Shown here: piece after piece, positions 10,396 to 24,400 of the stretch
Position numbering within the stretch: the stretch's first letter is position 1
Layout of the letters: each line of letters starts with the position of its first letter
From: Iphione sp. A-MEVVRFRX5
Taxonomy: Eukaryota
DNA length: 64,000 nucleotides
NCBI GenBank assembly: GCA_976226885.1
Contig: OZ320316.1
Coordinates: 89,280,001 to 89,344,000 of the forward strand
Direction of reading: 5' to 3'
The notes under the pieces: generated by a model
What the model saw: only the letters and a program-made list of their open reading frames with translations
Database searches by the model: none
What the model was told of the DNA's origin: nothing
Position numbers and translations under genes: made by a program

Positions 10396-11994
10396 TATAT
10401 TAACCATAATCGCTTCAGGAAGATCATTTACTAAAATCGTAAACCATAGGGGTCCAAGGTGACTCCCTTGAGGGACTCCGCACTTAATAGATTGAAGGCT
10501 CGATATGCAGTTATTGCATGCCACACACAAGAATGGGACAAACCATTTCAGCGACGATGATGGTACACCCAGTGTTGCAAGCTTTTCTATAATTTTTTCT
10601 ATAATTAGTGAATGATTCACCACGTTGAACACTTTGCTCATATCAATCATGGTTAGAGCACTGTGTCTAGTGTTGTCTACTACTTGACATATCTCGTAGG
10701 ATCATAGCTGCAGCTGTGTCTGTACCCTTCATGGTTATGAACCTGTGCTGTTGTGGACATAAGTTATTTGCAAGTAAATAGTCCCTTAGCTGGTCATGTA
10801 CCAATTTCTCAAAAATCTTGCCGACAATATTTACTATTGCGACAGGTCTGAATTTTTGTTGTCATTGCTTGCTCCTTTTTTGAATATTGGTCGTATTCTT
10901 GATATCTTCCAGCTTTCAAGGAAGATCCCCTTACTCAAACAAATTTTATACATATCACGAAATTGTTTGACGCTGCAAAGCATCACATCTTTTATGACAA
11001 ATGTAGGTATACCCTGTATCCCACTGGATTTATGGTCCCTAACTGCTTTCACCGCCCTTACAATTTGTCTATCACTGGGACAATTTCCCACCGACTATCC
11101 GATTGGTTTTGCAGCGGTTTTTATGTGAAATTCTTCTGATATCCTTTTGGCTTGGTTTACAAAGAATTCATTCAAGATGTTAGGGACCTTACCCAGTGGA
11201 ACTTGCTGACCATCTTCTATTAAATTTATGATATTAGAATTGTTACCTTTGTTTAGTAGTTCCTTGTTGATGACATGCAAGTAGTCCTTTGTTGACTTAC
11301 ACGAGCGGAGCTTACCTGACATATACTGTCTCTTCAGCGTATGCCTTAGAGCAGCTGGTTTAGCTTTATGAAATTGGGCTATTTGAAAATCATCAGGATT
11401 GCAAGTGCTTCTGTACCCTTTCAAATAAAAATCCCTGTTCACAATTACCTGCAATAGTTTGGCACTTACCCAGGGTTTTCTTGCCTTTTTTCTGCGATGC
11501 TTTGCTGGACACTGAATATGCAGTTCTTTTCGAACAGCCTCTTCAAGTTTTGTCCAGGAGCTGTTCAGGTCACTTCCCTCATCTACTAAACTGTCACGCT
11601 CTGTCTCTATTGCCACGAAGAGTTTCTGCTTATCCTAGTTTCTCCAGGAACGATATTGTACAACATTAGTCGTTTTACATTCCCGGGGTTTCTGTTGACT
11701 GTACATTGACTGCAAACAGACCCATATACCAAATTATGTATGCCTTGAAACCATACCTTAGATGCATTCCCGTTCCATATGGTAGTTTAAGGGCATTTAC
11801 AGATACTAGAGGCGGAGGTGGACCGGACAGAGCAGAAGTTAGCATTGTTCATTTTCCGTTTTCTGCACCCTCCTTGGGCTATCTTGAGCATCACTCATAA
11901 GTGCACTTCAAATACCACATGCGTGGACGATGCACATTATCCTCATTTCCGGCTGTATCTCAAATTATCTTTCTTCTTTCTACCCCTGTCTCTG

Positions 11995-12070
11995 CCGCCG
12001 TCTGCCTGTTTGTCTGTCTGTCTCTCTCTTTCCCTCTCTCCCTTTCTCTCTTTGACTCTCTCTCTCCCAT
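11995..12070. repeat. CT/CTGT low-complexity tract
   Basis: gtctgcctgtttgtctgtctgtctctctctttccctctctccc... Confidence 0.7.
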
Positions 12071-15000
12071 CCTCAAAAGAATCGTTTTGCTCTGTCGCCA
12101 ATGAAAACCTCTCAAATCTATTACGTGATAGCCCACTAAAAGTGTCTATTTATGAGCACCGTTGGTTGTGGATCCTTGGTGGCTATCTTCTGGTAGTTCG
12201 TTTTACTTAAAAGGAAATGACAAAACATTACATCAGGTACCAAAATCGCCCCGTTGTTCTTGCTGCAATCGCCCTCTGTGCCGAGGTGGACAATCCACAG
12301 ATCTCAATACGGTAGAACAATTATAGTTCGCTTTGACTTAGTGACTATGATTTTAGATGATACTGACGTTAAAGGTATGTAAACACAAGTCATCTTCCAC
12401 ACGATGTAGCATCAGCTAAGGGACGTACACAGAGTGATATGAAAGAGAAAGTCAGAGACAAGCACAGACAAAGATTTAAGTATCTGAAAAAGACCGGGTA
12501 GGCACCGTTATTTTCCAGTAAACCGTGCGTTTCTTATTGCCTATTTCAGTCGCCATCTCCTGTGAATACCTGGTCTATATTGCCGAACATTAAAATTAAT
12601 AGTCTCTATAAATCAAAGCTTGTTACTGCCACCCTCCCCCTCCTTCCTGCGAACACCGGCATACACACGTGCTGTAACAGAAACGAGTGCTACAATCTAT
12701 CCGGCAATTGCTCAGTTGTCAGTCCGATATGCAACGTAGTCATTAGCATATTCGAGCTAGCCGTAACTGATTGGCAAGAATATGTATAAAGTGCTGTTCT
12801 TAATGTATTCATGTTATCGATTCAGTGTGTTTTTGAAAGGCGAGGATTCAATAATCAATTCCCTTTGAAATTCTTTAAGAACAGACATGTACGTTCTGTA
12901 ATAATGTTTGTTTTATAAATTACAGAAATGACCTTTCGCTCAGGGACAGATATCAAGGGCGGCCCAAGGGACGATCTAGGTAGCTTTGATTGACCAATTA
13001 TAGTACTGTTCAAGGTCATGTAGGCGCTGCCTTCAGGCAAGTGCTTCTCTTTCATCTTTTTCCTAAGCTTACAGTTAAGGTTTTCTTTTAAAGCCTTTTT
13101 TCTTTTCTTATGGTCGATCTTTCTTGGATGCACATCGCGCGGCATTCGGTAATTTATCTGGCATCCTTCGCTCGTTCGGTATGCCTCGCTATTATCGCCT
13201 TGCCCACCCAGAGTCACTGTTATTTATCTATTTTATGGGCGCGGGTTTACAGGCATGCGTCCATGCCTCCCCCGCTGCATCATCATTGTGCGCTGTGCGC
13301 AGCCGCCACGTGATGGGCTGCGCCTATCTGGGCTCTAATAGCCCAAGGAAGATGGACGGTGAGGAGAGGACGATTTTACCACTTTTACCACCTTCATTCT
13401 ATGGCTCCCGCGTCACCTGGGCAGGTTTTTATTACATTGAATCACATCTTCGGGTTCCGCCGAAGCACAAACCAAAGTGGGACACCCACAGGCTTGGTGC
13501 TCCCTCATGGGAAGTTAAAGCAATAGTAAAAGCATGTGCTTCTGAGAGTGCTCTCTGGCCTACATGCGCTTTCCAGTAAGAATTCGATGTAAACGGATTC
13601 AGTTCACAGGCTTTGATGCTCGATATTTGACATGGAAAAAAGTAGGACGATGTTTGTTGTCCAACATACCTGAAAGAAGATGTCGGTTTCATTTGGTGTT
13701 ATTCCTTAATTTGTATACGCTAGAGTAACGGTCACTCCTCGCCACGTTACACGTGTGCGCTCGTCATTCCTGGTCCAACAAAGCGAGTTGGTTATGTGTG
13801 AATCTTCGTTTCTTTCTACTCATCTACCTACAGCGTGGCTCGTAATCACAGGTATGTGTCTGCCAGGCATCGTGCCGCCAACCACCTGATCATCCGCCCC
13901 TTCTAAAAGGACCGGCGAACGTCCGCTCGGACTGCGAGTGCGGTCACTTTTTGTGCCTTTTGGTAGCATCAATTGGCCTTTTCATTAAGAGCCCCGGCCG
14001 TTGGTCACAGTCAATAGTAGAGGCTGCAGTCCGCCATTAGCTACTGTTGACCACAGATCACGGGCGGCACGAAGAACATGCAAGTCGGACCGTGTCAAAC
14101 GACCACAGAGACCTGCAGATCGTTCTAACTCGCAGGTCTCATTTTGAAGGGGAAAATTGGACTTCTTCTTAGCATAAAAACTCGAGAGGTCAATAAGCGC
14201 TGGCATCAGGTGGCTGCATTGTGCTGTTGTTCTAAAGATATTACACGGCACTATGCTGTCAGGAACTTTCATAATTGCATCTAGTCGGTATCCTCAGTTC
14301 GGGAGGTTGCGCGCCCTAGAGCGAAATCCATTACGGTATGTTCTGTGATCTTGTCCGTGCAAAATTGGAGATATTTCTGAATAACTAGGCACGTGGTAAT
14401 TGATCAACATACACATAATGTATTTGTTACTACGAGGAACTTCCCTCGGTACCCGCGGGTAAAAGCATAGTTGCCGAACTGTATGAGAAGCTGGTCTGTT
14501 CAATAAGTGGGACTCTGCATGTACTACTCACATTTCGTTGGTGAATTGGCGACTGTTCCCCTTTAAACGAAAAGCTGACAGTACATGTACATTCTTTTCA
14601 CCAGGTAGAAATAACCTCAGATACAATGCGTGTAAGGTCCTGAGCGGTATTACGTTCACATTTTTTTCAAAACAGCTGTAGTATTCACACTGATGTTCCA
14701 GATGAAATAATGCACAGATTGTAAAGTTGTGTCGCCAGAAGTCATTACCGTGCAGACGTGGGATCCCCCACGTTCCCTTTTTGTGATATATGTCTACGTT
14801 GATATGTTGTCGGTGCGTGTCACATGATATATACAAATTTACATAGGAGATTAGATTTTCCAAATCGCAGTGTCGTGATGGATGCTATAACTCATGCAGA
14901 CGTTCGTATTTCATGAGTACTTGAATCCTCCTTTTGGCTGTCATAAGGTAAGCACCAGAGTATCATGCTCTGCGGAACATGAACAAGCTCACATCATGAC

Positions 15001-18000
15001 GTCTTGTTGGCCCAAATGGGCCTCCCACAGCCCTTTTGTGCCATCCACTATTCTTCACCCTTTACATCGGCTGTTCCGAGGCAGGAGAGCTCTACTTTTA
15101 TTCCCTCCTCCGCTATAGAAGGTAATGAGATGACACAGGGGGACGCAATCGAAGGGGCTCGCTTCGTTTGGTGCCGCCCAAGCACCCGGTTTTAGTCGCC
15201 TCTCAATAGACTTCAACTTTAGGCTATTCTCTGTGAAGTGAATGGAAGGAGAGGACCCGGGAAGAGAAGGGGTCTTTGTGAGTTTCCCTGGCTCATCAAG
15301 AACTGATGATGGACCTGTAATGAGGCCCAGATTCTGCGCCGGACAGAATTAGGCAGCGTCAACGAGTGGCATCCTGAAGGATTGCAAAAAAAATTGTCAA
15401 CATTATAAAAGACGTTCAGAAAGGATACGTTCGAAAGAAATTATATCTATCACAAGATATTTTAGGAACTGCGTCTTAAAATTTGCGATGAACAAAAAAA
15501 ATGTTATGTTATTGTGATAAATGTGCAAATCTCTTCGTTGCCAACTGTTAAATTGGTATTCATCAATTTTGGTCCATGATTGGTGAAACATGCCTCTCAC
15601 AACCATTCCCTCATTCAGTATACATTCTCAGAAACATGCACTCCCTGTCTCCTTACGCGTCTATGCTCATCGACGCGTTTGCTCAAACTGTGAATATTGT
15701 CAGTGCGGAACAGATACATGAGAACCAAGAGGCATACGGAAAGCAGTCACCCGTATGGTCTGGACAGAAGCCATGTGCCGAGTCTATGCTATACAAAATG
15801 TGCGGTTGCTAGGCAGCAGAGAGGAGGCTAAACTACGAAGTGTGTCCGCCCCGTGGGTCTGGCCTGACGCCAGTGGCGAGGACCCATACATCAAAGACTT
15901 GACACGACAGGACCCCTGAGGCCCTTAACCAAAGGGGTATGCGACATACACATGATCTGTTGCAATCGTCGGCAGAGGGTCTTGAGCGGCCCTGCAGGAG
16001 CGGGCAGACACTGATAGCCCCAGATGGAAGCACTATTACAGAAAGTGACTTGGAGTGCAGGCCCCTGTGGCTGTGATCACCATCCAAAGACGGACCAAGA
16101 TTACTCTCGTGTGAAATAGCCATGGAAAGAATGAGAAAGGATTGCGCAGAAGTGGTCTGACAGACCCTACGGTCGGCCTGGAGGTGCACGACTGGCGCTG
16201 AGAGAGGGACGCCTGATGTACTGAATAGCCCTATACCTCTTCGACGTAACAACTCGCTGCTGGAACCCGCTTGGATTGAGGTCCATTGCAAAGGAGCCAA
16301 GGAAACAGTAAACAACAGTGAAATGCATCATCAGTAAAATGTATGGTCGACGGTCACGATGAATCATGGCTCACGTCCTGACGTTATTAATAGAATACGT
16401 TCGGAAATCATTATTAGATTCAAATAACTGACAATGATTCATGACAAGTCAGCAGCTCTCTGTCCAATCATGCTGCAGGTGGGTCGCCTCGGGGCCAAGA
16501 CTTCCACGAGCTGACTCATGCGGGGCAGGATTAGATTAGGCGTCTAATCTATCATTGGGCATAACTTATCGGCCTTGTGCAGCCTGGGACGTTCGGGCGC
16601 GAAAAGTCCAGTCGGCCGAGCATTTCGTCCTGGAAGTTTAACACCATTCGACGCTTGCAGGGAGTTGAGATTTGACGCCTTGAGAGGTCGAGGAATTAGA
16701 AATGTAGCCAAATGACAGCCAATAGCCGTCCCATGCCTGGAAAGCGGTGCAAGATGGCCCCGTAAGTGGCAGACCGCTCCTCTGGGGGTCATCTCGTGAC
16801 TTTATGGCGATAGCGGCGATTGGCTTGAATCGCGCGCAGGGTATGGTAGTTGAGGGGGCGTGATCGGCCGTTTGGCCGAAGGAAAGTTGAAGGATGGGTG
16901 GGTCTTAAGGAAGGGCCATAGGGCGGGTGGCGGAAGTCAGCAGTAGGGAACCTACAGCTTTATGGTGATCAGCGTGCCCGAGGCAAAGTCCGCGCTGAGC
17001 CTACCATGCCTCTGAGGGACGGCCAGCAGGCAGACATCGAGCTGTTCCGCCGACCGACTCTGGATCAGCCGACCACAATGCTCGGTGGACTAGTCCTAGT
17101 TAAAGACCTAATTGACTACGCAGCCTAACGCACAAAGCGCCATGTTGCAGGGCTGTCTAGTGTCTATAGAAAGTCCCTAACGTACGGACCGATAATGTGT
17201 TTTCCATGTTTATGTAAATGACTGTAAGCATTTGTCTGAGTATGCATGCAGAAATTTGTAGTATCCAACGTATCTTCTGTAGGTATTTCCTTGGCAACGT
17301 CTCTCCGTCGATGGTCGGCCCGAAGCTTCTCCCAAATCATTTGTTATTCAGGTTTAGTCAGTGTGTGCGCGTTATGTCCTAAACATATATATTGTATAAT
17401 AATATATAGAAGGGGTCAGGTTCCATATTGGTGTTTGTGCATTGCGTTTGTGTAGCATTGCGCCTTCATTGATTGTAAGTATATATGGGAATGCAGGGCG
17501 GTGTCCTTTTGTTTTCTTTGGTGTTGCAGGATGGTCTTGCATGAAGGTCTTGTTTCAAAGTAAGACCCATACAACGGGATAATAACTCCGTAAATAATGC
17601 ATAACAGTAAAAATCAGACTCTTGAAAAACACAAAACAGCGTAACTCATGAAATGTATGACGATGTGCAGAAACATGTGCAAATGTACAAAATTTCAATG
17701 ACATGTACCTGGACCGAATGCTATTTCATGCATATGTTTGAAAATGATGATCAACGTACATTTTCAAGCAACACAAATACAAATGCATGAATACTAGGTA
17801 GGTATGAAAATGTGAAAACTGTTTACAGTTTGTTCGTAAAACGATGCAGTTGTGCGACGCAGTTACGCAATGCAGTCAAGCAAGTATGGACGAGGCTGTA
17901 CTTCCATGAATGCATGTTTGAAGCGTTCATGCCGGATGTGTGCATGTGGGGAAATATGGTAATATGTCAGAAAGCAGAAGTGTATCCATGAGTGTAGTGT

Positions 18001-18049
18001 GTGCATTTGTATTTAAGGCGTGTGCATTCATTGATGTCCTAAATTGAGG

Positions 18050-18440
18050 CTTTTAATCATTTTCATGAACCACACAGTAGAAAGCTGGATGAAATTGGGT
18101 ACAACATGGAAGTGAGACCTAGGGTCAGGCCTAGGCTAAAGATTCATATGCAAGTTTGTTCGATTTGTAAATAAGTTGCATAAAGATTAGAAAGATTTAT
18201 ATAGTTATAGCTGGATTTCAAGAAAGTTGCATGAAAATTGGAAAAATTACACCTTTGGCTCTGTTACACATTTTCTAGATGGCAAAGTTCACACATTTTG
18301 GGCTCAAGTTTAAGAAATTTCTGACAAATGGCAAGATTTACATCGTTAAGCCTCACTTTTACGGTAGGCAGACTGAAAGACAGACAGACACACTCACAAG
18401 TATACCGGAACCTCCAGGGGCATACACGGATATGCGTGGA
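18050..18440 (-). mobile_element. Possible degenerate Helentron-associated non-autonomous (HINE/DINE-1-like) remnant
   Basis: On the - strand: TATGCCCC (18424-18417), then a (GTCT)n run (18390-18379), then CCAATTTTCATGCAACTTT (around 18241-18223). This motif order resembles such elements; boundaries are uncertain. Confidence 0.3.
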
Positions 18441-21400
18441 AATACCCCATGGACTAGTGTACAGAAAAAGGTTATGTTTCATGCAAGCGCTCTACGTGCA
18501 AAAACACATTCATGGAGACACAGCCACTGAGTGAATGTAATCAAATTGCCTAGACGCCCATACAGTACATGTTCTCATGAGTGTGAACATGTACATGTAC
18601 TTTAAAACTGCTTAGGGTTGGATGCATTGGAACATTTTAATCCTAAATGAAAAGAGATGAGCTGGGACACGGTTTCGAAGGCCAATACCCTCGTATTATG
18701 ACCACAAATTCGAACTAGGAGGGTTTCGTTATGAAATAGATTTGGGTACTACATGGCGAAGAACCAATGATGTGAACGTTGGTATGGGAATAGGTTTTCG
18801 GTTTGCTTCTAAAGATTGAATCATTTCTCAATGCCAGGCGGATGGAACTCTTTTGATTAAATGAAAAGAATAGTATTCTGACGGAGTTCTATTATACTGG
18901 CGGCCCGGGTGGTCTCGGTAGGTGGTTAGGGCCCGCTCGCGCTTGCCCAAGCTGTCAGCGACCACCTCGTCCGGCCGCCGGTCAGTGTCAGGTGCTGGGC
19001 ACGGATTGATCCTCGGGGACGGCTCAGCTGACCGGTAAGGTGATAGCCATGAGGCCATCTGCCGCAACGACTGATGGCAAATCAACGCGCCGGACGCCTG
19101 GCCTCGGATTCCGCCGTCAAGGGGTCATCTCCATAACGACGAATTGCCAGCTGTATCTATCAGCATCTCCGTTCTCGTTCAAGCGAAGTCTTGTAGGTGC
19201 TTACCAGCCGCGGGGACAGCTGTACAGCCTGTAAATCCACGCTATTTGTGCAAACTACCAAATGCATTGGAATATCTCCCCTCAAATCTGGTCTGAAGTA
19301 TTTTCGAAAGAGGCCCAGTGACATAAACCGGCCGCCTTTCTCTGCTACTGGCAGAAACAAAATGACTATCCGTTTGATCAAAAATGCAACTAAAGATATG
19401 TTTACGCTTGATTTCTTCTGAAGAGTTCTTGAGTCGAACACGAATGGAAACGCCATGTGACATTGAACACACGACATGATCGCTGTAGTCTATGGAGACT
19501 GTAGGAAACAGATAACTGGGAATGAAATATGCTTTTCAGGCTATCATAATTAGCCACTGTATGGTATTCCTGAAGGCCAGTAAAATGAAACCTCGTTGAT
19601 GGCTAGAAAGAAGAATGTCATTCGCATATTTTACATTCCCTTTCGCTGCTTCCACACCCTGATTATCTCGTTTAGTGAAACATTAATGATACATATAGGC
19701 GGTCCTTACAGCAGGGAGATGTGAACTACTGTGCTGATGGGACCGTGCGCTTTACCTAAGCCGTCTGATATGGGATACGTCTACTTCCTGACAAGCTTTG
19801 AAGGCAGTTCTGTCTTTGACGCCTTCGGTTTCACAAGCGTGCGCCGAGACCCTCGCGGGACATCGGCGCTGACGGCCGTCCGTTTCCGCGCCTCTGGTTC
19901 CTCGATTTCAGTATGTGCCGACTGGCGAGCGAGTGTATGGACTGCGTGCTGCTGGCGTGCCAAGTGATGACCTCCTCCAGGGTATATCTCCTGAGACCCT
20001 TCCGGTGCTTGGCGCTGCGCCTTGGCCCTTGTGCCCGTCTAGACAAACCGGTCGCCTGCTTGGACATAATGCATGCTTGCAGTCTCACGCCAAGGGACGG
20101 TCACAATCGCTTCCTTGTCAACAACCTGTCATCTCTCGCGACTTTGAAGCCTCAATTAAGGCTTATGGTAGTGCGGCGTTTGCGACGAAATGGCCCCAAG
20201 CCGTCCTGAGCAAGCATCATAATCTCATCTGTACAAACAATTGGTGAAATGGCGATGGGCTTTTTCTGCTAAATCTCCCTATGATTTCATCAGCTATTGA
20301 CAGAGAATTTACAGGGAAGTTATAAGTCAAGATTTATATAAATATATATAAATATATAGATAAATCTAGACTACAAAGCCTGCTTTATCCATAGGGCTGG
20401 TGCAATTTAAGCCCATGAATAAATAGTTGAAATACACCTGACAAAGCCCTAAATCTCGTTGCAAACAGGATTAAGCTGTCAGTGAGAACGCAAGAAAAAG
20501 AGCAGTGTTACCTTTCAATTCAACTTGAGCGAAGGGAGAGTGCAAAATCTGAACTCTCACAATTCTCATAAAAACCATTGTTGCACAGTAGGAGACTATA
20601 TTACATGCAAAACGTTGGTAAACACGGAGGCGTTGTACATTGCGCATGTCAAGGAAATTGGCTTCTTGATTCTCATATGCATTACATGTCTATTACGATG
20701 AATTACATGTACATTACACTCAATCTTTTTCTTGGAGCAAGGTTGTGGAAATATTGGTAAAATACTAAGTTAAGGACTAGCTCCAGGACTTTTGTTACCA
20801 CAGCTACATGTACATTGCGCAGAGATTGAGACGCCTATAGAGTTACAGCAATATTCTTATATTTGAGATACAATTGCATAACTCCTGTACACTATTAATT
20901 ATGATCCATAGTTCACCAGTGGGCCGAATGCAGTGTTAGCCTTGGTGGGCTCTTACCTTGGTTGGACCATCGAGTACAGATCAATAAGCAATGCATTAGT
21001 TGAACCAATATACGTGTTCATCTCGCATCTGGTACCCGCCTTTGATCAATGAGCTGTAAGAACCACTGCCCTCTCCCTCCATGTTGTGGTACAGTTTGCC
21101 ATTGCACAAATCAATCAAGGGTAGCATCTGGTGGATGCCCTTTGCTGTCTGCCTAATCAGACTCTATTGTTTTTGGTAATGGGCTCTTGTGTTGAGCGAA
21201 ACCCCGCTAGCAGCATATGTAAGGAGACGTTGAAGCAACTTTGCATGGGAGGGGCACAATTACGCAGTGTCTGTAATTGCTTTTGGTTTATCCTGACGTC
21301 TGGGGCGTCCTCAGAGGCGTGATGATCACACCGAAACGTTGAAGGGTGCACCATGACTGGAATACAAAGGCATCCTTATATATCGCATGCCGACGTGCTC

Positions 21401-24400
21401 TATTGTATGAATGTGGACAATCAGCGATATGGCCCATATGACCTAAACACCATTCCTTATTCAACACGACTTATCGCCGGGTTTGCAACGGATCTGATGA
21501 ATTCCTATACAGTTCCCGACATCGCATTGTAATAGAAGGCATGTACGTATGTACACCCACTGAGGAAGTGAAACAAAGGATTCTACTCATTTAAGAAGAC
21601 TAGATTTCTTTAGTGGTGTTGATGACAAATAGTACACCTCCACAAAAAAAGCTGACTGTGAAATATCCACACTAAACGCAACGGTTTAAACCGCTGATTC
21701 TAAGACAATATCTTATTTGGCCTATCTCCATCGTTTCCCTTTGCCGCTTACACTCACTTTAGAATTATCCTGAATGTTCATTACGTGATTCATCAAGCAG
21801 CAGTCATAGGCCTCTCTCAAAGGAGCTACGCATAGACGCATACAAAAGGTAGCCAGGACTGCATAATTGTCTCACTAAGAGGTATTTCATCATTGAACTG
21901 ATCATGTTCCGGGTGCACAATGTCAGACAGACTCGATAGAAAAAAGATTGAGCGAAAGAGGGAGCAGAGGCATTTGAATAGGAAATCCGCTACTTTGGAA
22001 GCCAATAAACCAATCAGCGTAGCCTGTATATAGCTTGAGCCCAACACAGTGCTGATTGCATGGTGAAACCTCAAGTTCAGGTGTTAATATTTTAGGAGTT
22101 ACATCACCTGACATTTGGACCTACACGGGTCGATTAGTTTAGTGGTCAGTGTGTTTACTGGTAATAGTATACACGTCCATGTACTACACTTTAGTAACTA
22201 CACTGTATCTGTAACGGGTTTTGTTAAGTAACGATTTATTGAGAACGCATTTCAAAATGATATAAACATTTTTTTATGTTCAGGCCCCATTATTTAAATC
22301 GCCCCTTGTTACCTGCGTGCTCAGCATTAGGACCAAGTTTTCTCTTGTCCACTTCATGGAAAACTGTCATCATTTTTGCACAGAAGCCCAAACTGAGAGA
22401 TGAGATTGTTATCGTTTTTCCCATCTCCCGGGGGAAAATTACACTGATAATTCCTCGTTAATTTCTTCCATGTGGCTGGAATCCTTCCTGTTTGCCTCCT
22501 TACCAAGGTTGTTATCGTGGTCGATCATCATGAGGCTTGTCAATACAATCTTTACTCGGTACGTCGGCCAGGGAGTATCCTAATGCATGCAAAAAGAAAA
22601 TAGGTCTAACGAAATTGGGTCACGATGAAGGAAACCTGCTCCTCAGAGAAACATTTCCATTTATTTCTACTCATATCAGATTCTTGGTGTGTAATCGTTA
22701 GCAGTAATAGATATTGCACTTAGTAATGTTATACTTCCAGATAGTGGAACATGCGCTTCCGAAGAGTTCCTGACTGGCATTAAATCTATATTCTGATTTT
22801 GTAGGATACCCGGATCATCATAAATTATACAAGTGACCTATGCAGAAGGCATGTTGTATAAAAGCAAATTTGTTTCCTACTTTTATACTTACGCCACACC
22901 TGGTGCTTCCATCCCAGGTCCTTTGAGTAGAGCTTGCTGTGGCCAACTACGAAGGATGCAGTGAGGGAAGGAAAGGCACAAGATAGGAATTGTTCGTCTG
23001 TGCCAGAAAGGCCCGAAAGCTTGACCCCCTCTTGCACCTCACCAACGATCCGCCGGTTGCCCTGCCATAACTTGTCACTAAATGACCGACCATCAAGCTC
23101 CATGTAAATCAAAACTTGCTAAATCCTGACACGATCACAGGAGGAAACTGCTTCAAGGCATAGCGAGTGGCACCCATAGACGATAAAGGCCATACATTGT
23201 CGCTCGGCCGCCGCCGGCAACGGCCGTGGCTCAGCGTGCAAGAATATCGCATCATTGACCTGTGGATTTATAGCCACTTGATGGATTGTTGGAGAGCCGC
23301 TCGTATCAATAATCGGGCAGGGATATCCTCCTGCCGTCTTCCTAATCTGGCAGTTAATACATCCAAACTCCCTTAAGTTTAAAGGTGTTCCAGTGAGTTG
23401 GTGTAAGATGCACAGGGCACTTTTTAACATTAAAGGCGATCTGGTGTCTCGTTATGAAATTTCTTCCACATAACGAGTTCTGTAATCCATAAAGTTAAAT
23501 CAGAGAATGTGTTATGAAATAAATGCGGCAGTGAGTTAAAATTGAAAAAGCGTATACGCCTGTATCATCCTTTTGGTGTTTCAAAAACCTACAGAAGTTG
23601 CATTACGACTGCCCACATCTATACATACATATTTAGAGCCATTCTTAGAAACAGAAACGTCTTTATCATTTAATCTTGGTTCTTTCGATAAATTTCCCAG
23701 TGCTCTATTAACACGACCATGAATCAGTCGTCGCTTTGTATTTGCCGATTTAGAACAAAAATATAGACAATTCTCATTGCAATCCCACTATACATTTATC
23801 ATCATTCAACAGATGGCAGCTTTGACCGGACGTTTAATACAAAACTGTTTTTTTTAGGCTAGCAGATGGTCCGTTCGTTAGCACCTCAGCGTTACAATCG
23901 CTTCGTACGTAACAGTTCGTAGGTAGTACAAAACTTTTGCTCAGCTGGATGAGTGAATGACTGGGCTGGCAACAAGTAAGCGATGTGTGGCCTTTGTCAA
24001 GTAAAATGAGACATCCACAGAATGCCACTGAAGCAGATCTACTTATAGCCAGATGGTAGGCGTTAGATCCTCCTGGTATAGCTACAGTCAAGTGACACTT
24101 TTTGTCAGTTTTAAATTGATATATTGTGGCGCCTTTGAGTAGTCATGGGGACGACACTTAAAGTGGCGCCTATATAGACAAAGTGCTAGGTATGTCAAAT
24201 ACATGTACACCGCACGATCATAAATAAGGTATAGGTTACATTCACCCTGACAAAAAGATAGGTGCATCTCTGTCACCTTCCTATCAGTTTGCCGAGAGGA
24301 AATCGTTGCCTAAAATGACACACAAAGGAGCATATTTTGACTGGGTAAGGCTATTCGGCCCCTTTGTAACTTGAGGTGGATAAACGCCTACACAAGGTAT

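Larger units (their letters stand above)
8835..11760 (-). mobile_element. Decayed CR1/L2-group non-LTR retrotransposon ORF2 (end of endonuclease, linker, RT, C-terminus), interrupted by a MITE
   Basis: Collinear degenerate motifs across stops and frameshifts: KARKPWVS; KSSGIQGIP...WKISRIRPIFKKG; QLRDYLLANNLCPQQHRF; IDMSKVFNVVNHS; CGVPQGSHLGPLWFTILVNDLP; MYTDD; ISEWTEANGLKINESKS; KLLGFTIDEVLSW; KWFQRRFHYKGSQHWNKLP...FHTALKKHV. Confidence 0.88.

Noticed and set aside
12855-13217. Basic ORF (MPRDVHPRKIDHKKRKKALKENL...) reminiscent of a DNA transposon protein N-terminus, with TTAAAGG-like ends at about 12369 and 14566
   Set aside because: No catalytic motifs, and the two candidate ends do not match as TIRs.
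13297-13323. 8-bp inverted repeat GCGCAGCC/GGCTGCGC around CACGTG
   Set aside because: Expected by chance in 64 kb.
15833-16315. 160-aa ORF, and similar 100-170-aa ORFs at 13124, 31249, 40241, 46927, 60863 and 62875
   Set aside because: No recognisable domains; consistent with chance ORFs in GC-rich or low-complexity DNA.
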